A stretch of DNA of 64,000 nucleotides from assembly GCA_026914155.1 (NCBI GenBank), contig JAPPGH010000020.1, positions 1,068 to 65,067 of the forward strand, in the 5' to 3' direction. Under the pieces are notes generated by a model. The model did no database searches, was not told the DNA's origin, and saw only the letters and a list, made by a program, of their open reading frames with translations. Both the position numbers and the translations under genes were made by a program. Shown in pieces: positions 45,297-54,786 of the stretch (its first letter is position 1; each line of letters starts with the position of its first letter). The stretch is from Candidatus Palauibacter rhopaloidicola (lineage in GTDB: Bacteria; Gemmatimonadota; Gemmatimonadetes; Palauibacterales; Palauibacteraceae).

Positions 45297-46238
45297 CTAG
45301 CGGCGGTAGCCGTCCAGGAAGTAGCCGACCGGGTTCACCGCGCGGCCATGGATCAGGACCTCGTAGTGGAGATTCGGACCCGTTGCCGTCCCGGAGACGC
45401 CGACCTCCCCGAGCATGTCGCCACGGCGCACCTCGGCGCCCACGCGGACCCCGACTCGGCCCAGGTGGGCGTAGCGGCTCGCGTAGCCATCGCCGTGGTC
45501 GATCTCGACGAGACGGCCGTACTCGCCCCTCGAGCCGGCGAACGTGACCCGCCCCGCCCCCGTCGCGATCACGGGCGTACCGAAATCGGCCGAAATGTCG
45601 ACGCCGGTATGCGGACGCCGGAGCCCGAGCAGCGGATGCAGCCGGTTATGGCTGAAGCCCGAGGAGATCCAGGAGTCTTCCGCCACGACCGGCCAGATCG
45701 AGGGAATGCGCTGATATCGCTCGCGCTGCGTCCCGACGGAATCCGCCGCCTCGGTGAGGCTGCTCCCAAGCAGGTCCGCGCGCCGCAGCAACTGCTCGAT
45801 GTCGACCACGACATCTTCGGCCTCCCGCGCCAGGTCCGGGGCGACCTCGAAGAACTCGTCGTGCGTCGGCGAGACGCCGCCGGGACCGCCGACGCCGACC
45901 GAGTAGACATCGGGATCGAGCAGCGGAAGGCCGGCGACGAGCCGGAATCTCTGTTCCCGCGCGGAGAGATCGTCGAGCGCCTGGCTGAACTCTCCGCTGC
46001 GGCGCTCCATGGCCTGCAGGCTGGTGATCAGCTGCCGGTTCTCGGCCCGGTAGCGCGCAAGCTGCTCCGCCGCGTCCTGGCGCCCCAGCACGGTGGCGAC
46101 GAAGGCGGAGGCCATCATCAGGAGCACGGCCGCCACGATGCCGGCAGCCTTCGCGCGGCGCTTCTCGACGCGATAGCTGCGCGCGCGCCCGCCACCGCCG
46201 GGCAGTATCTGTATCGTCCAGTACGAAGGTTTTCTCAA
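45297..46238 (-). CDS. M23-family (LytM-like) peptidoglycan metalloendopeptidase
   Basis: N-terminal TM anchor and a coiled coil. HTGVDI, DHGDGYASRYAHL and LHYEV zinc-ligand blocks. TTG start. Confidence 0.8.
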   Translation of the reverse strand: MRKPSYWTIQILPGGGGRARSYRVEKRRAKAAGIVAAVLLMMASAFVATVLGRQDAAEQLARYRAENRQLITSLQAMERRSGEFSQALDDLSAREQRFRLVAGLPLLDPDVYSVGVGGPGGVSPTHDEFFEVAPDLAREAEDVVVDIEQLLRRADLLGSSLTEAADSVGTQRERYQRIPSIWPVVAEDSWISSGFSHNRLHPLLGLRRPHTGVDISADFGTPVIATGAGRVTFAGSRGEYGRLVEIDHGDGYASRYAHLGRVGVRVGAEVRRGDMLGEVGVSGTATGPNLHYEVLIHGRAVNPVGYFLDGYRR

Positions 46239-46261
46239 GTCGTCCAGCCGTAAGAGGGGCG

Positions 46262-46289
46262 AAAAAAAGGCCGGTCAAGCTACCCGGCC
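46262..46289 (-). terminator. Rho-independent terminator after metG
   Basis: On the minus strand, a GGCCGG-(9 nt)-CCGGCC hairpin is followed by T7 (plus-strand A7 at 46262-46268). It lies between the metG stop and the M23 gene. Confidence 0.5.
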
Positions 46290-46437
46290 GGTCGGCCGCG
46301 CGACGGCAACAACCCGTCCGCAGCCGCAACATCGGTCGATAAAGCTAGCCGCGGACGGCTGCCAGTGTCAACGTTTTACCCGCTGCGGGCGGAAGCGTTC
46401 CGAGCGGAGGAGTGGCCCGCCGAGGCGCGCCGGGCGA

Positions 46438-47979
46438 TCAGGGGCGCGGGAAGAGCACGGTGCCCGGACGCACGGCCCGAAGCCCGGCCACGGACGCTTC
46501 GAGGCGCCCGAAAGCCGGCGGCGATCCGTCGCCCCCCAGCGTCCGCCAGAGTTCGGCGGCCTTCGCCGGAGTGAAGGGAGCGAGCATCGCGGCCACCGTG
46601 CCGAGCGCCGCGATGAGCTGCGACAATACCCCGTCGAGCGCACCCGCGTCCGCGCCCCCCTCGTGCTCCGCCTTCGCCAGCGCCCAGGGCTTCGTCTCGT
46701 CCACGAACCCGTTCGCCGCGCGCACGACATCGAACGCCGCCGCCAGACCCCGGTGGAGCAGGTAGCCGTCCATCGCCGCGCGGTATTCCCCGAGGGCGAG
46801 CGCCGCTTTCTCCGCGAGTTCTCCGCCCCGCGGCGGCGGCACGTCGCCTCCGCGGTACCTGGCCACCATCGACACCACGCGGTTCAGGAGGTTGCCGAGG
46901 TCGTTCGCGAGGTCCGTCGTGTAGCGGCGGTCGAACTGCTCGATGAAGGCCTCCGCCGACGCGTAGTCGCGGTCCCCATCCCAGGGCACCTCCCGCAGCA
47001 GGAAGTAGCGCAGCGCGTCCGGCCCGTGCCGCTCGATGAGTTCGACGAGACCCAGCTCCGTTCCCGCCGACTTCGAGAGCTTGGCCCCGCCGATCTTGAT
47101 GAAGCCGTGGCCCCACACGCTTTTCGCCGGCGCCACGCCCGCGGCCAGCAGCATGGCCGGCCAGTACACGCAGTGGAAGCGGGTGATGTCCTTGCCGATG
47201 ATGTGGAGGTCGGCGGGCCAGAACTTCCCGAACGCCTCGCCGTCGGGATAACCGATGGCCGTGATGTAGTTCGAGAGCGCGTCGAACCACACGTAGACCG
47301 TGTGCCCCTCATCCCCCGGAAAGGGAACGCCCCAGCGAATCCTGGAGCGGGAGGCCGAGATGTCGTCGAGGCCGGACTCCAGCAGCCGCGTGATCTCGTT
47401 GCGGCGCGTCGCCGGCCGCACCGAGTCCGGGTCGTTCCGCAGGCGTTCGAGGAGCGTGTCCCGGTAGTCGGAGAGCCGGAAGAACCAGTTCTCCTCTTCC
47501 GTCCACTCGATCTCGCGCCCGGGGTGGAGCGGGCAGCGACCGTCCGCCAGTTCATCGTCCTTCTTGAAGGCTTCGCACCCGGCGCAGTAGTGGCCCTCGT
47601 ACTTCGCGCGGCGGAAGTCCCCGTTCTCGGCGATCCGCTGCATGAGCACGGTCACCCCGCGGTGGTGGCGCGGTTCCGAGGTCCGGATGAAGTCGTCGTT
47701 CGAGAGGCCCAGGCGCCGCCAGACGTCGAGGAAGGCCTCGGCGATGCGGTCGACCCACTCCGCGGGCTCCGCTCCCTGCTTCTCCGCCTCCTGCTGGACC
47801 TTCTGCCCGTGCTCGTCCATGCCGATGAGAAAATGGACGTCGTCGCCGCAGGCGCGCCGGTACCGGGCGATCGCGTCGGCGCCGATCTTCTCGATCGCGT
47901 GCCCCAGGTGCGGGTCGCCGTTCGAGTAGTCGATCGCCGTCGTGAGATAGAATCGAGGCGCTGGCCGGGCTTCTGCCAC
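46438..47979 (-). CDS. metG: methionyl-tRNA synthetase (short form, no C-terminal tRNA-binding domain)
   Basis: HIGH (PHLGHA), KMSKS (KLSKS), and Cys-containing connective peptide CAGCEAF...CPLH. Confidence 0.9.
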   Translation of the reverse strand: MAEARPAPRFYLTTAIDYSNGDPHLGHAIEKIGADAIARYRRACGDDVHFLIGMDEHGQKVQQEAEKQGAEPAEWVDRIAEAFLDVWRRLGLSNDDFIRTSEPRHHRGVTVLMQRIAENGDFRRAKYEGHYCAGCEAFKKDDELADGRCPLHPGREIEWTEEENWFFRLSDYRDTLLERLRNDPDSVRPATRRNEITRLLESGLDDISASRSRIRWGVPFPGDEGHTVYVWFDALSNYITAIGYPDGEAFGKFWPADLHIIGKDITRFHCVYWPAMLLAAGVAPAKSVWGHGFIKIGGAKLSKSAGTELGLVELIERHGPDALRYFLLREVPWDGDRDYASAEAFIEQFDRRYTTDLANDLGNLLNRVVSMVARYRGGDVPPPRGGELAEKAALALGEYRAAMDGYLLHRGLAAAFDVVRAANGFVDETKPWALAKAEHEGGADAGALDGVLSQLIAALGTVAAMLAPFTPAKAAELWRTLGGDGSPPAFGRLEASVAGLRAVRPGTVLFPRP

Positions 47980-47985
47980 AGGCTG

Positions 47986-49047
47986 CTAGCGTCGGTCCAG
48001 TTCGGCGCGGCGCGCCGCGCGCCTCTCGTCCTTCAACTGGGCGAGCGGGATCGTGCGGACCTCTCCGTCCCCCGCCTCAAGCGACACGGTCTCCTCGAAC
48101 AGGTCCCACGACTTCACGTTCTCGCGGCCGTTGGCGGTTTGAATCGTCCGGCCCACGGGCGGGAAGCGCTTTTTGGCCTGCGTGTACACGGCGTGCTCGT
48201 AGCGAAGGCAGTTCATGAGACGGCCGCAGGCGCCCGAGATCTGGCTGGGATTGAGGGAGAGGCCCTGGTCCTTGGCGAGCTGCAGCGTGACGGGTTCGAT
48301 GGACGTGAGCCACGAGCGGCAGCAGAGTTCGCGGCGGCAGCGGCCCAGACCCCCGAGGCGGCGCGCCTCATCGCGCACTCCGATCTGCCGAAGGTCGATC
48401 CGGGTGCGGAACGAGCGGGCCATGTCCCGCACGAGGGCGCGAAAGTCGACCCTCTTCTCGGCGGTGAAGTAGACCGTGAGCTTGTTGCGGTCCCACTGCC
48501 ACTCCGCCTCGCTCACCTTCATGCGCAGCCGGTGTTTCACGGCGAGTTCGCGCGTGCGCCGGCGCACCTCGAGTTCCTGGTCGCGCAGCTGCCGCAGCCG
48601 CAGGACGTCGGCCGGCGCGGCGCGGCGGATCACGCGGCGGGACGGCAGCGGGACGGCGCGCTCGCCCACGGCGTCGCAGCCCCCCTCGCACGCCAGGTCC
48701 CGGGCCGCGGCCGCGCGCTTCACCCAGCCGATGTCCTGTCCGCGGTCGGCCTCCACGACGACGTACTCGCGCTCCGTCAGCGGGGGGACGCCGCTGAAGG
48801 CGAAGAAGTCGGAACGAAGGCCCTTGAACCGGACCTCGAGGACCTGGCTCGGGGCTCCCGCCGCCGGACCCGGCGACGCCGCGGGACCCGGCGTGGCCGC
48901 GGAACCCGGAGGCGCCGCCGGACTCGGGGGCGCCACGGGATCGGGCCGGGTCCGCCGCTCGCGGGGGGCGCCGTTACCGGACTCGCCGCCGGGGCGCGCG
49001 GGACGGGGGGGTGGCCGCACCGGGCGCGGCCGCCGGCCCTCGCTCAC
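47986..49047 (-). CDS. PSP1 C-terminal domain protein (RicT/YaaT-like)
   Basis: PSP1 core: VVVEADRGQDIGWV, KLTVYFTAEKRVDFRALVRDMARSFRTRIDLRQIG, GGLGRCRRELCC. The in-frame GTG at 49047 overlaps the accA stop as GTGA. There is a Pro-rich N-terminal region of about 70 aa. Confidence 0.75.
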   Translation of the reverse strand: MSEGRRPRPVRPPPRPARPGGESGNGAPRERRTRPDPVAPPSPAAPPGSAATPGPAASPGPAAGAPSQVLEVRFKGLRSDFFAFSGVPPLTEREYVVVEADRGQDIGWVKRAAAARDLACEGGCDAVGERAVPLPSRRVIRRAAPADVLRLRQLRDQELEVRRRTRELAVKHRLRMKVSEAEWQWDRNKLTVYFTAEKRVDFRALVRDMARSFRTRIDLRQIGVRDEARRLGGLGRCRRELCCRSWLTSIEPVTLQLAKDQGLSLNPSQISGACGRLMNCLRYEHAVYTQAKKRFPPVGRTIQTANGRENVKSWDLFEETVSLEAGDGEVRTIPLAQLKDERRAARRAELDRR

Positions 49048-49991
49048 CGCTCCTCCCAGGCGCCGATGGCGTAGTACTTGTCCCGCCGCGACTCGACCAG
49101 GTCGCCCGGCTCCAGCTTCGCGAGTTCCCGCAGATGGCGCCGGATGGCGGCGCCCATGGCTTCGACCGCGGCGTCCCGATCCGCGTGCGCCCCTCCGCGC
49201 GGCTCCGGGATGACCTGGTCCACCACGCCCAGATCCTGGAGGTCGCGGGCCGTGAGCTTGAGCGCTTCCGCCGCCTTGTCGGAGTGCTCGCGGCTCCGCC
49301 ACAGGATCGCGGCGCACCCTTCGGGCGAGATCACGGAGTAGATCGCGTTCTCCATCATGAGGACGCGGTCCGCCACGCCGATGCCCAGGGCGCCGCCCGA
49401 GCCCCCCTCGCCGATGACGCAGCTCACGATGGGGACCCGCAGGCCCGCCATGACGGCGAGGTTGCGGGCGATCGCCTCGGCCTGGCCCCGCTCCTCGGCG
49501 CCGATCCCCGGATACGCCCCCTGCGTGTCGATGAAGGTGATGACGGGGCGGCCGAACTTCTCGGCCAGCCGCAGCAGGCGCTTCGCCTTGCGATACCCCT
49601 CGGGATGGGGAGAACCGAAGTTGCGGCGCAGGTTCTCCTTCATCTCCCGGCCCTTCTGGTGCCCGATCACCATGACCGAGCGGCCGTCGAGCTTGAGCCA
49701 GCCGCCGACGATGGCCGGGTCGTCGCGGAACACCCGGTCGCCCCGCAACTCGAAGAAGTCCGTGCCGATCCCGCGGATGTAGTCGAGCGAGAAGGGACGG
49801 TCCTGGTTGCGGGCGAGCTTTACACGGTCGAAACGCGACAGCCGGGCCATGGCCTCATCATGCGCGGCGGCGAGCTGGGCTTCCAGCGGCCCCAGCTCGG
49901 CGCTCACGTCGATTCCGCGTTCCCGGGCCTTGTTCCGAAGCTCCTCCACATGGTTCTGGAGCTCGGCCAGGCCCTCCTGTTCTATCGACAT
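49044..49991 (-). CDS. accA: acetyl-CoA carboxylase carboxyltransferase alpha subunit
   Basis: Blocks: RVKLARNQDRP, ITFIDTQGAYPGIGAEERGQAEAIA, IGEGGSGGALG. Confidence 0.9.
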   Translation of the reverse strand: MSIEQEGLAELQNHVEELRNKARERGIDVSAELGPLEAQLAAAHDEAMARLSRFDRVKLARNQDRPFSLDYIRGIGTDFFELRGDRVFRDDPAIVGGWLKLDGRSVMVIGHQKGREMKENLRRNFGSPHPEGYRKAKRLLRLAEKFGRPVITFIDTQGAYPGIGAEERGQAEAIARNLAVMAGLRVPIVSCVIGEGGSGGALGIGVADRVLMMENAIYSVISPEGCAAILWRSREHSDKAAEALKLTARDLQDLGVVDQVIPEPRGGAHADRDAAVEAMGAAIRRHLRELAKLEPGDLVESRRDKYYAIGAWEER

Positions 49992-50047
49992 ACGCGATCA
50001 TCTCTCGGTCCCGGAGCCGACATCCGTTCGTCGGCCGGCGCTCGGCT

Positions 50048-50099
50048 GCTGCATAAGCTGCCTGCATAGGCTTCCTGCATAGGCTTCCTGCATAAACTG
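50048..50099. repeat. 4 x 13-bp tandem repeat in the dnaE-accA spacer
   Basis: The four units are GCTGCATAAGCTG, CCTGCATAGGCTT, CCTGCATAGGCTT and CCTGCATAAACTG. In the gene orientation (minus strand) the unit reads AAGCCTATGCAGG, 57-108 nt upstream of the accA ATG. Confidence 0.9.
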
Positions 50100-50148
50100 G
50101 GCCCGCCGACGGCGATCCGGCCAGCGGGCGGCCGGACGGAGCCGACTC

Positions 50149-53100
50149 TCAGCGGTTCCGGACCAGTCTCACGCCGCTTCCGCCCAGCAGCCCGCGCAGT
50201 TCCTCGACCAGGGCCGGCGTCGGGGCCACGCGCAGCGTTCGCGAGGCGAATCGCGAGGGGCGCGCGTCGTCTTCCGGCTCCCCGAGGTCCCCGTTCGCTC
50301 CGCCGTTCCCCTGGCTCCGGACGGCCTTCACTTCCAGGTAGAGCGGCCCGCGCCCCGGCGAAGCCTCGATCAGCGCGCGCGCCTTGCCGAACGCGCCGGG
50401 TTCCACCCGCTCGTCCTCGCGGAACTCGATCAGGATCCCCACCTGGCCCTCGTCCCGCACGTCGGCCAGCGGCCGCACGGAGTCGAGGAAGATGGGCGGA
50501 TCGTCGTCGTCCCGCGAGTTGCCCGACACCGTGCCGGCGATGAGGACGGGGCGGTCGGCCGTGAGGAGCCCGCGGTTCTTCTGCCAGACATCGCCGAACA
50601 CGAGCGTCGTCGCCGTCCCGTGAAAATCCTCGATCGTGAGGCGCGCCCACTCCCGGCCGTCCTTGCGCGCGGTGCGCACCGACGTCTCCGTGATGACGCA
50701 GGGGACTTCCACGTTCCGGTCGCGGCGCTCGCGCAGGTTCGTCGTCCTCGCCTCCAGCGCGTACATGTCGACGAGATCCCGGTAGCGCTCGAGCGGGTGT
50801 CCCGAGATGTAGAACCCGAGGCGTTCCTTCTCCTCGCGCAGGCGGTCGCGCTCGCCCCACGCGGGCACGACCGGGAGTTCGACCTCCGGCCGTGTCTCCG
50901 CCGCGTCGCCCCCGAACAGGCTCGTCTGTCCGCTCTCCGCCTCCTGCCGGCGCAGTTGCGCCTCGTTGAGCATGACCTCCAGGCCGGCGGTGAGGGCGGC
51001 GCGGTCGCCCAGGTCGTCGAGCGCCCCGGCGCCGATGAGGGCCTGGATCACGCGCGAGTTGTTGAGCCGCAGGTCGATCCGTTCGAGGAAGTCGATGAAG
51101 CTCTCGAACGGAGCCTCCTCCCGGGCCGCCTTGATGGACCGGATCGCGGAGTGCCCCACGCCCTTGATCGCGCCCAGCCCGAAGCGGATCGCCGACTTCC
51201 CGGGGTCCTCCGGGTCGTCGACGACGGTGAAGCGGTACCCCGACTCCTTCACCGAGGGGGGAAGCACCCGGATCCCGAGCGGCCGCGCCGCCGCGATGTA
51301 CGACACGACCGCATCCGTGCTCCCGATTTCCGACGACAGGAGGCCGGCCATGAACTCGGCCGGGTAGTGCGCCTTCAGCCACGCGGTCCGGTAGGAGAGG
51401 ACGGCGTACGCCACGCTGTGCGCCTTGTTGAAGCCGTAGCGGCCGAAGGTGCGGATGAGTTCGGCGATCTCGCCCGCCTTCGGTTTCGCCACCCCGCGCT
51501 CGACCGCGCGCTTGACGAACTCCCCGAGGACCCGGTCCGTGAGGTCGGCGTCCTTCTTTCCCACCGCCTTCCGGAGCACGTCCGCTTCGGCGAGCGAGAA
51601 CCCGGCGAGCAGGTTGGCGGCCCGCATCACCTGCTCCTGGTAGGTGATGACCCCGTACGTCGGCTCCAGGATCTCCTGCAGGTCGGGATGGGGATAATCG
51701 ACCGCCTGGAGTCCCCGCTTGCGCTTGATGTAGACGTCCGTCATCCCGGAATCGAGCGGACCCGGGCGGATGAGCGCGTTGACGGCGACGAGGTCGTCGA
51801 AGCGGTCGCAGCGCATGGCGCGCAGCTTGTCCGTGGCGAGGCTGGACTCGAACTGGAAGACGCCGCTCGTACGGCCGGCCGCGAGCATCTCGTACACGGC
51901 GGGGTCGCCGAGTCCGATCTCCTCCCAGTCCACGCGGGTCCCGTGCCGTTCCTCGACGTTCCGCGCCGCGTCGTCGATCACCGTCAGCGTGCGCAGGCCC
52001 AGGAAATCCATCTTGAGCATGCCCGCCTTCTCGAGCGCGTTCATGTCGAACTGCGTGATCACGGCGCCGCTCTTCGTGTCCGAACAGATCGGCACGTAGT
52101 CGTCCAGCGGTCCCGGCGCGATCACGACGCCCGCGGCGTGCACAGAACTGTGGCGCGCGAGTCCCTCGATGCGTTCCGCGTAGTCGAGGAGCTTCCTGAC
52201 CTGGGCGTCCTCGCGGTCGCTCTCGGCGAGTTCCCCCACCTTCTTGCGCGCCTCCGCCACCGTGAGCGAATACCCCGGCGTCGAGGGCACGAGCTTCGCG
52301 AGGCGGTCCGTGTCGGAGGGCGAGAAGCCGAGCACGCGGCCCACGTCCCGGATCACCGCGCGCGCCTTCATCGTCCCGAAGGTGATGATCTGCCCGACCG
52401 ACGCCTGTCCGTACTTCTCCCGCACGTAGTCGATCACCTCGCCGCGGCGCTCGTAGCAGAAGTCGATGTCGATGTCCGGCATGGAGACGCGTTCCGGATT
52501 CAGGAAGCGCTCGAAGAGGAGGTCGAACTCGAGCGGATCCACATCGGTGATGCCGAGCGCGTAGCAGATGATCGATCCCGCGGCGGATCCGCGGCCGGGG
52601 CCCACCGGGATGTCCCGTTCGCGCGCTGCGACGATGAAGTCCCAGACGATGAGCAGGTATCCCGCATACCCCGTGTTCTCGATGACCCCGAGTTCGTAGT
52701 CGAGGCGGTCGCGCGCCTCGTCCGGCAGCGGGTCGCCGTACCTGGCCTTTGCCCCTTCCGTCGCTTCGTGGCGCAGCATCTGCATGGGCTCGGAGAAGCG
52801 GTCCGGGAGCGGGAAGCCGGGCAACTGGTACTGCTTGTCGAACTTGACGTCGCAGCGCTCCGCGATCTTCACCGTCTCGGCCAGCAGGCCGGGCAGGTCG
52901 GGGAAGAGTTCCGCCATCTCGTCGGCGGTCTTGAAGTAGCTCTCTTCGCCGTGGAAGCGGAGCCGGTCGGGGTCGTCCTTGTCCTTGCCCGTCCCGATGC
53001 AGAGGAGCGTGTCGTGCGCGTCCGCGTCCTCCCGCCGCATGTAGTGCGCGTCGTTGGTGACGACGAGGGGCAGCCCGAGTTCCTCGGAGATCTGGATGAT

Positions 53101-53667
53101 CCCCTTGTTGACGAGATCCTGCTTCGGAATCCCGTGGTTCTGGAGTTCGAGCCAGTAGCGGTCCTTGAACACACCCGCGTGCCATTCCGCCGCCGCCTTC
53201 GCGTCGTCGTAGCGCTCGTGCTGCAGGTAGCGCGCGACCTCGCCGGCGAGGCAGGCGGAGAGACAGATGATCCCCTCCGAGTAGCGCTCGAGCGTCTCGC
53301 GGTCCACGCGGGGGCGGCGGTAGAAGCCCTCCGTGTACCCGATCGACGAGAGCTTCACGAGGTTCGAGTAGCCCTGCCTGTTCTCGGCGAGGAGCACGAG
53401 GTGGGCGTTGTGGGCCGGGGCGCCCTCCTCCATCCGGCGGGAGCGGCGGTCGCCGTACGCGACGTAGGCCTCGCAGCCGATGATCGGCTTGATCCCCTTG
53501 GCGCGGGCTTTCTCCTGGAACTCCCACGCGCCGTGCAAGTTGCCGTGGTCCGTGAGGGCGAGGGCGGGCATGCCGAGTTCGACCGCCCGCTTGACCAGGT
53601 CGTCGATCCGGTTCGCGCCGTCGAGGAGCGAGTACTCGCTATGTGTGTGAAGATGAACGAACGGCAT
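50149..53667 (-). CDS. dnaE: DNA polymerase III alpha subunit
   Basis: N-terminal PHP domain (HLHTHSEYSLLDG), the Pol IIIalpha core (MPDIDIDF...), HhH and an OB fold. 1172 aa. Confidence 0.95.
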   Translation of the reverse strand: MPFVHLHTHSEYSLLDGANRIDDLVKRAVELGMPALALTDHGNLHGAWEFQEKARAKGIKPIIGCEAYVAYGDRRSRRMEEGAPAHNAHLVLLAENRQGYSNLVKLSSIGYTEGFYRRPRVDRETLERYSEGIICLSACLAGEVARYLQHERYDDAKAAAEWHAGVFKDRYWLELQNHGIPKQDLVNKGIIQISEELGLPLVVTNDAHYMRREDADAHDTLLCIGTGKDKDDPDRLRFHGEESYFKTADEMAELFPDLPGLLAETVKIAERCDVKFDKQYQLPGFPLPDRFSEPMQMLRHEATEGAKARYGDPLPDEARDRLDYELGVIENTGYAGYLLIVWDFIVAARERDIPVGPGRGSAAGSIICYALGITDVDPLEFDLLFERFLNPERVSMPDIDIDFCYERRGEVIDYVREKYGQASVGQIITFGTMKARAVIRDVGRVLGFSPSDTDRLAKLVPSTPGYSLTVAEARKKVGELAESDREDAQVRKLLDYAERIEGLARHSSVHAAGVVIAPGPLDDYVPICSDTKSGAVITQFDMNALEKAGMLKMDFLGLRTLTVIDDAARNVEERHGTRVDWEEIGLGDPAVYEMLAAGRTSGVFQFESSLATDKLRAMRCDRFDDLVAVNALIRPGPLDSGMTDVYIKRKRGLQAVDYPHPDLQEILEPTYGVITYQEQVMRAANLLAGFSLAEADVLRKAVGKKDADLTDRVLGEFVKRAVERGVAKPKAGEIAELIRTFGRYGFNKAHSVAYAVLSYRTAWLKAHYPAEFMAGLLSSEIGSTDAVVSYIAAARPLGIRVLPPSVKESGYRFTVVDDPEDPGKSAIRFGLGAIKGVGHSAIRSIKAAREEAPFESFIDFLERIDLRLNNSRVIQALIGAGALDDLGDRAALTAGLEVMLNEAQLRRQEAESGQTSLFGGDAAETRPEVELPVVPAWGERDRLREEKERLGFYISGHPLERYRDLVDMYALEARTTNLRERRDRNVEVPCVITETSVRTARKDGREWARLTIEDFHGTATTLVFGDVWQKNRGLLTADRPVLIAGTVSGNSRDDDDPPIFLDSVRPLADVRDEGQVGILIEFREDERVEPGAFGKARALIEASPGRGPLYLEVKAVRSQGNGGANGDLGEPEDDARPSRFASRTLRVAPTPALVEELRGLLGGSGVRLVRNR

Positions 53668-53685
53668 CCGGGCGGCCGCGTCCGG

Positions 53686-54717
53686 CTAGGCGCCGGAGTC
53701 GACGCAGCGGAACGACCCCAGTATCTCCTGCAACTGCAGCATGTACTCGTACTTGGGCCGGTTCGGCGAATAGAGCCACGCATCCACGAAGTACGTGCGC
53801 GCCGGACAGTCGACCACCCAGACGATGAACGGGCCCGCGGCGGGGAATCCCCCCGTCTCATCCTGCCACACGCCGGTCACCTCCAGCGCCGGGCGGCCCT
53901 CCCACATGAAGCTGACCACGCTCGAATTCGTGTCGTCGATGCGCTGCGGGACGTTGTAGTGGGTGGCATCGATCTCCGCCCGCCACTCCAGCGCCAGCTC
54001 CCTCGTCAGCGAGTCCACGCCCGGGCGCCAGGCGATGAGGATCGAGCGGATGAGTTCGCTCGGGTCCGGGTTGTCGTTGCGCAGGATGACGAGGCTGTCG
54101 CCGCCGCCGAGGTCCCGCGCGATCCGGTCGTAGACCTCGGGGACGAGCATCGAGAAGCCGAACCGCCGCCCCAGATCCGCCCTGAGGGCGGTGTCGGCGG
54201 CCGTCGCGAACATCCGCCGCAGCACCAGTTCGCGGTAGTTCGTGTCCACCGCGTTCAGGACCGATGGCAGGGCCGCCACCCACGACTCGACTTCGCGGCC
54301 CGACCGCAGCAGGACCCCCGTCACGGTCTGGGCCAGCGCCCATACGTTCGACGCCTGGAAAACGCGGCCCGGCTCGAGCGCGGAGAGATCCTGGCCCGCC
54401 TCGGCCGCCACCTCGAGCATGAGGGGATCGTCCGCCGTCCCGAACACGATCAGGTTACGGAACATCTTCAGTTGTCCGACGTTTTCGTGGCCCGGGTCGA
54501 CGAAGCTGACCTCGTACTGCTTCTCGTCGCGGCTCGTGAAGATCGTGGGTTCGAGGACCCGCTTGGTCTCCTCCTCCACTTGCTGCGAGAGTGAGTCGGG
54601 AGCGAGGATGATGAGGCTGTTCGCCTCGCCGAACGCCGTCTGCCTGCTGCAGGCGGAGAGGATCGGGAGCACGGCCGCGAGGAGCGCCATCGGGGCGCCG
54701 AAGGGACGGATTTTCAT
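53686..54717 (-). CDS. lipoprotein, DUF4837-like (tentative)
   Basis: The ATG at 54717 gives MKIRPFGAPMALLAAVLPILSAC (lipobox). 343 aa. It lies 18 nt upstream of dnaE. The family assignment is from recollection only. Confidence 0.55.
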   Translation of the reverse strand: MKIRPFGAPMALLAAVLPILSACSRQTAFGEANSLIILAPDSLSQQVEEETKRVLEPTIFTSRDEKQYEVSFVDPGHENVGQLKMFRNLIVFGTADDPLMLEVAAEAGQDLSALEPGRVFQASNVWALAQTVTGVLLRSGREVESWVAALPSVLNAVDTNYRELVLRRMFATAADTALRADLGRRFGFSMLVPEVYDRIARDLGGGDSLVILRNDNPDPSELIRSILIAWRPGVDSLTRELALEWRAEIDATHYNVPQRIDDTNSSVVSFMWEGRPALEVTGVWQDETGGFPAAGPFIVWVVDCPARTYFVDAWLYSPNRPKYEYMLQLQEILGSFRCVDSGA

Positions 54718-54786
54718 GCGAGTGAAGCTAGACCGGCGGGCTGGCGGCGGCAATCGAAACCGGGGCATCGCGGGACGGATTTCGCG

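Noticed and set aside
40423-45300. A 1625-aa ORF on the plus strand, the longest in the track.
   Set aside because: It runs antisense across five well-supported minus-strand genes: the M50B-like protease, the DUF402 fusion, the FadB/J-like gene, the lipoprotein and the end of the M23 gene. Its translation is Arg/Gly/Pro/Glu-rich low-complexity sequence with no recognisable motif. Stop-free antisense frames are expected at this GC content.
50620-54594. A 1324-aa plus-strand ORF.
   Set aside because: It is antisense to dnaE and the DUF4837-like gene. No motifs are present and the composition is typical of a GC-rich shadow frame.
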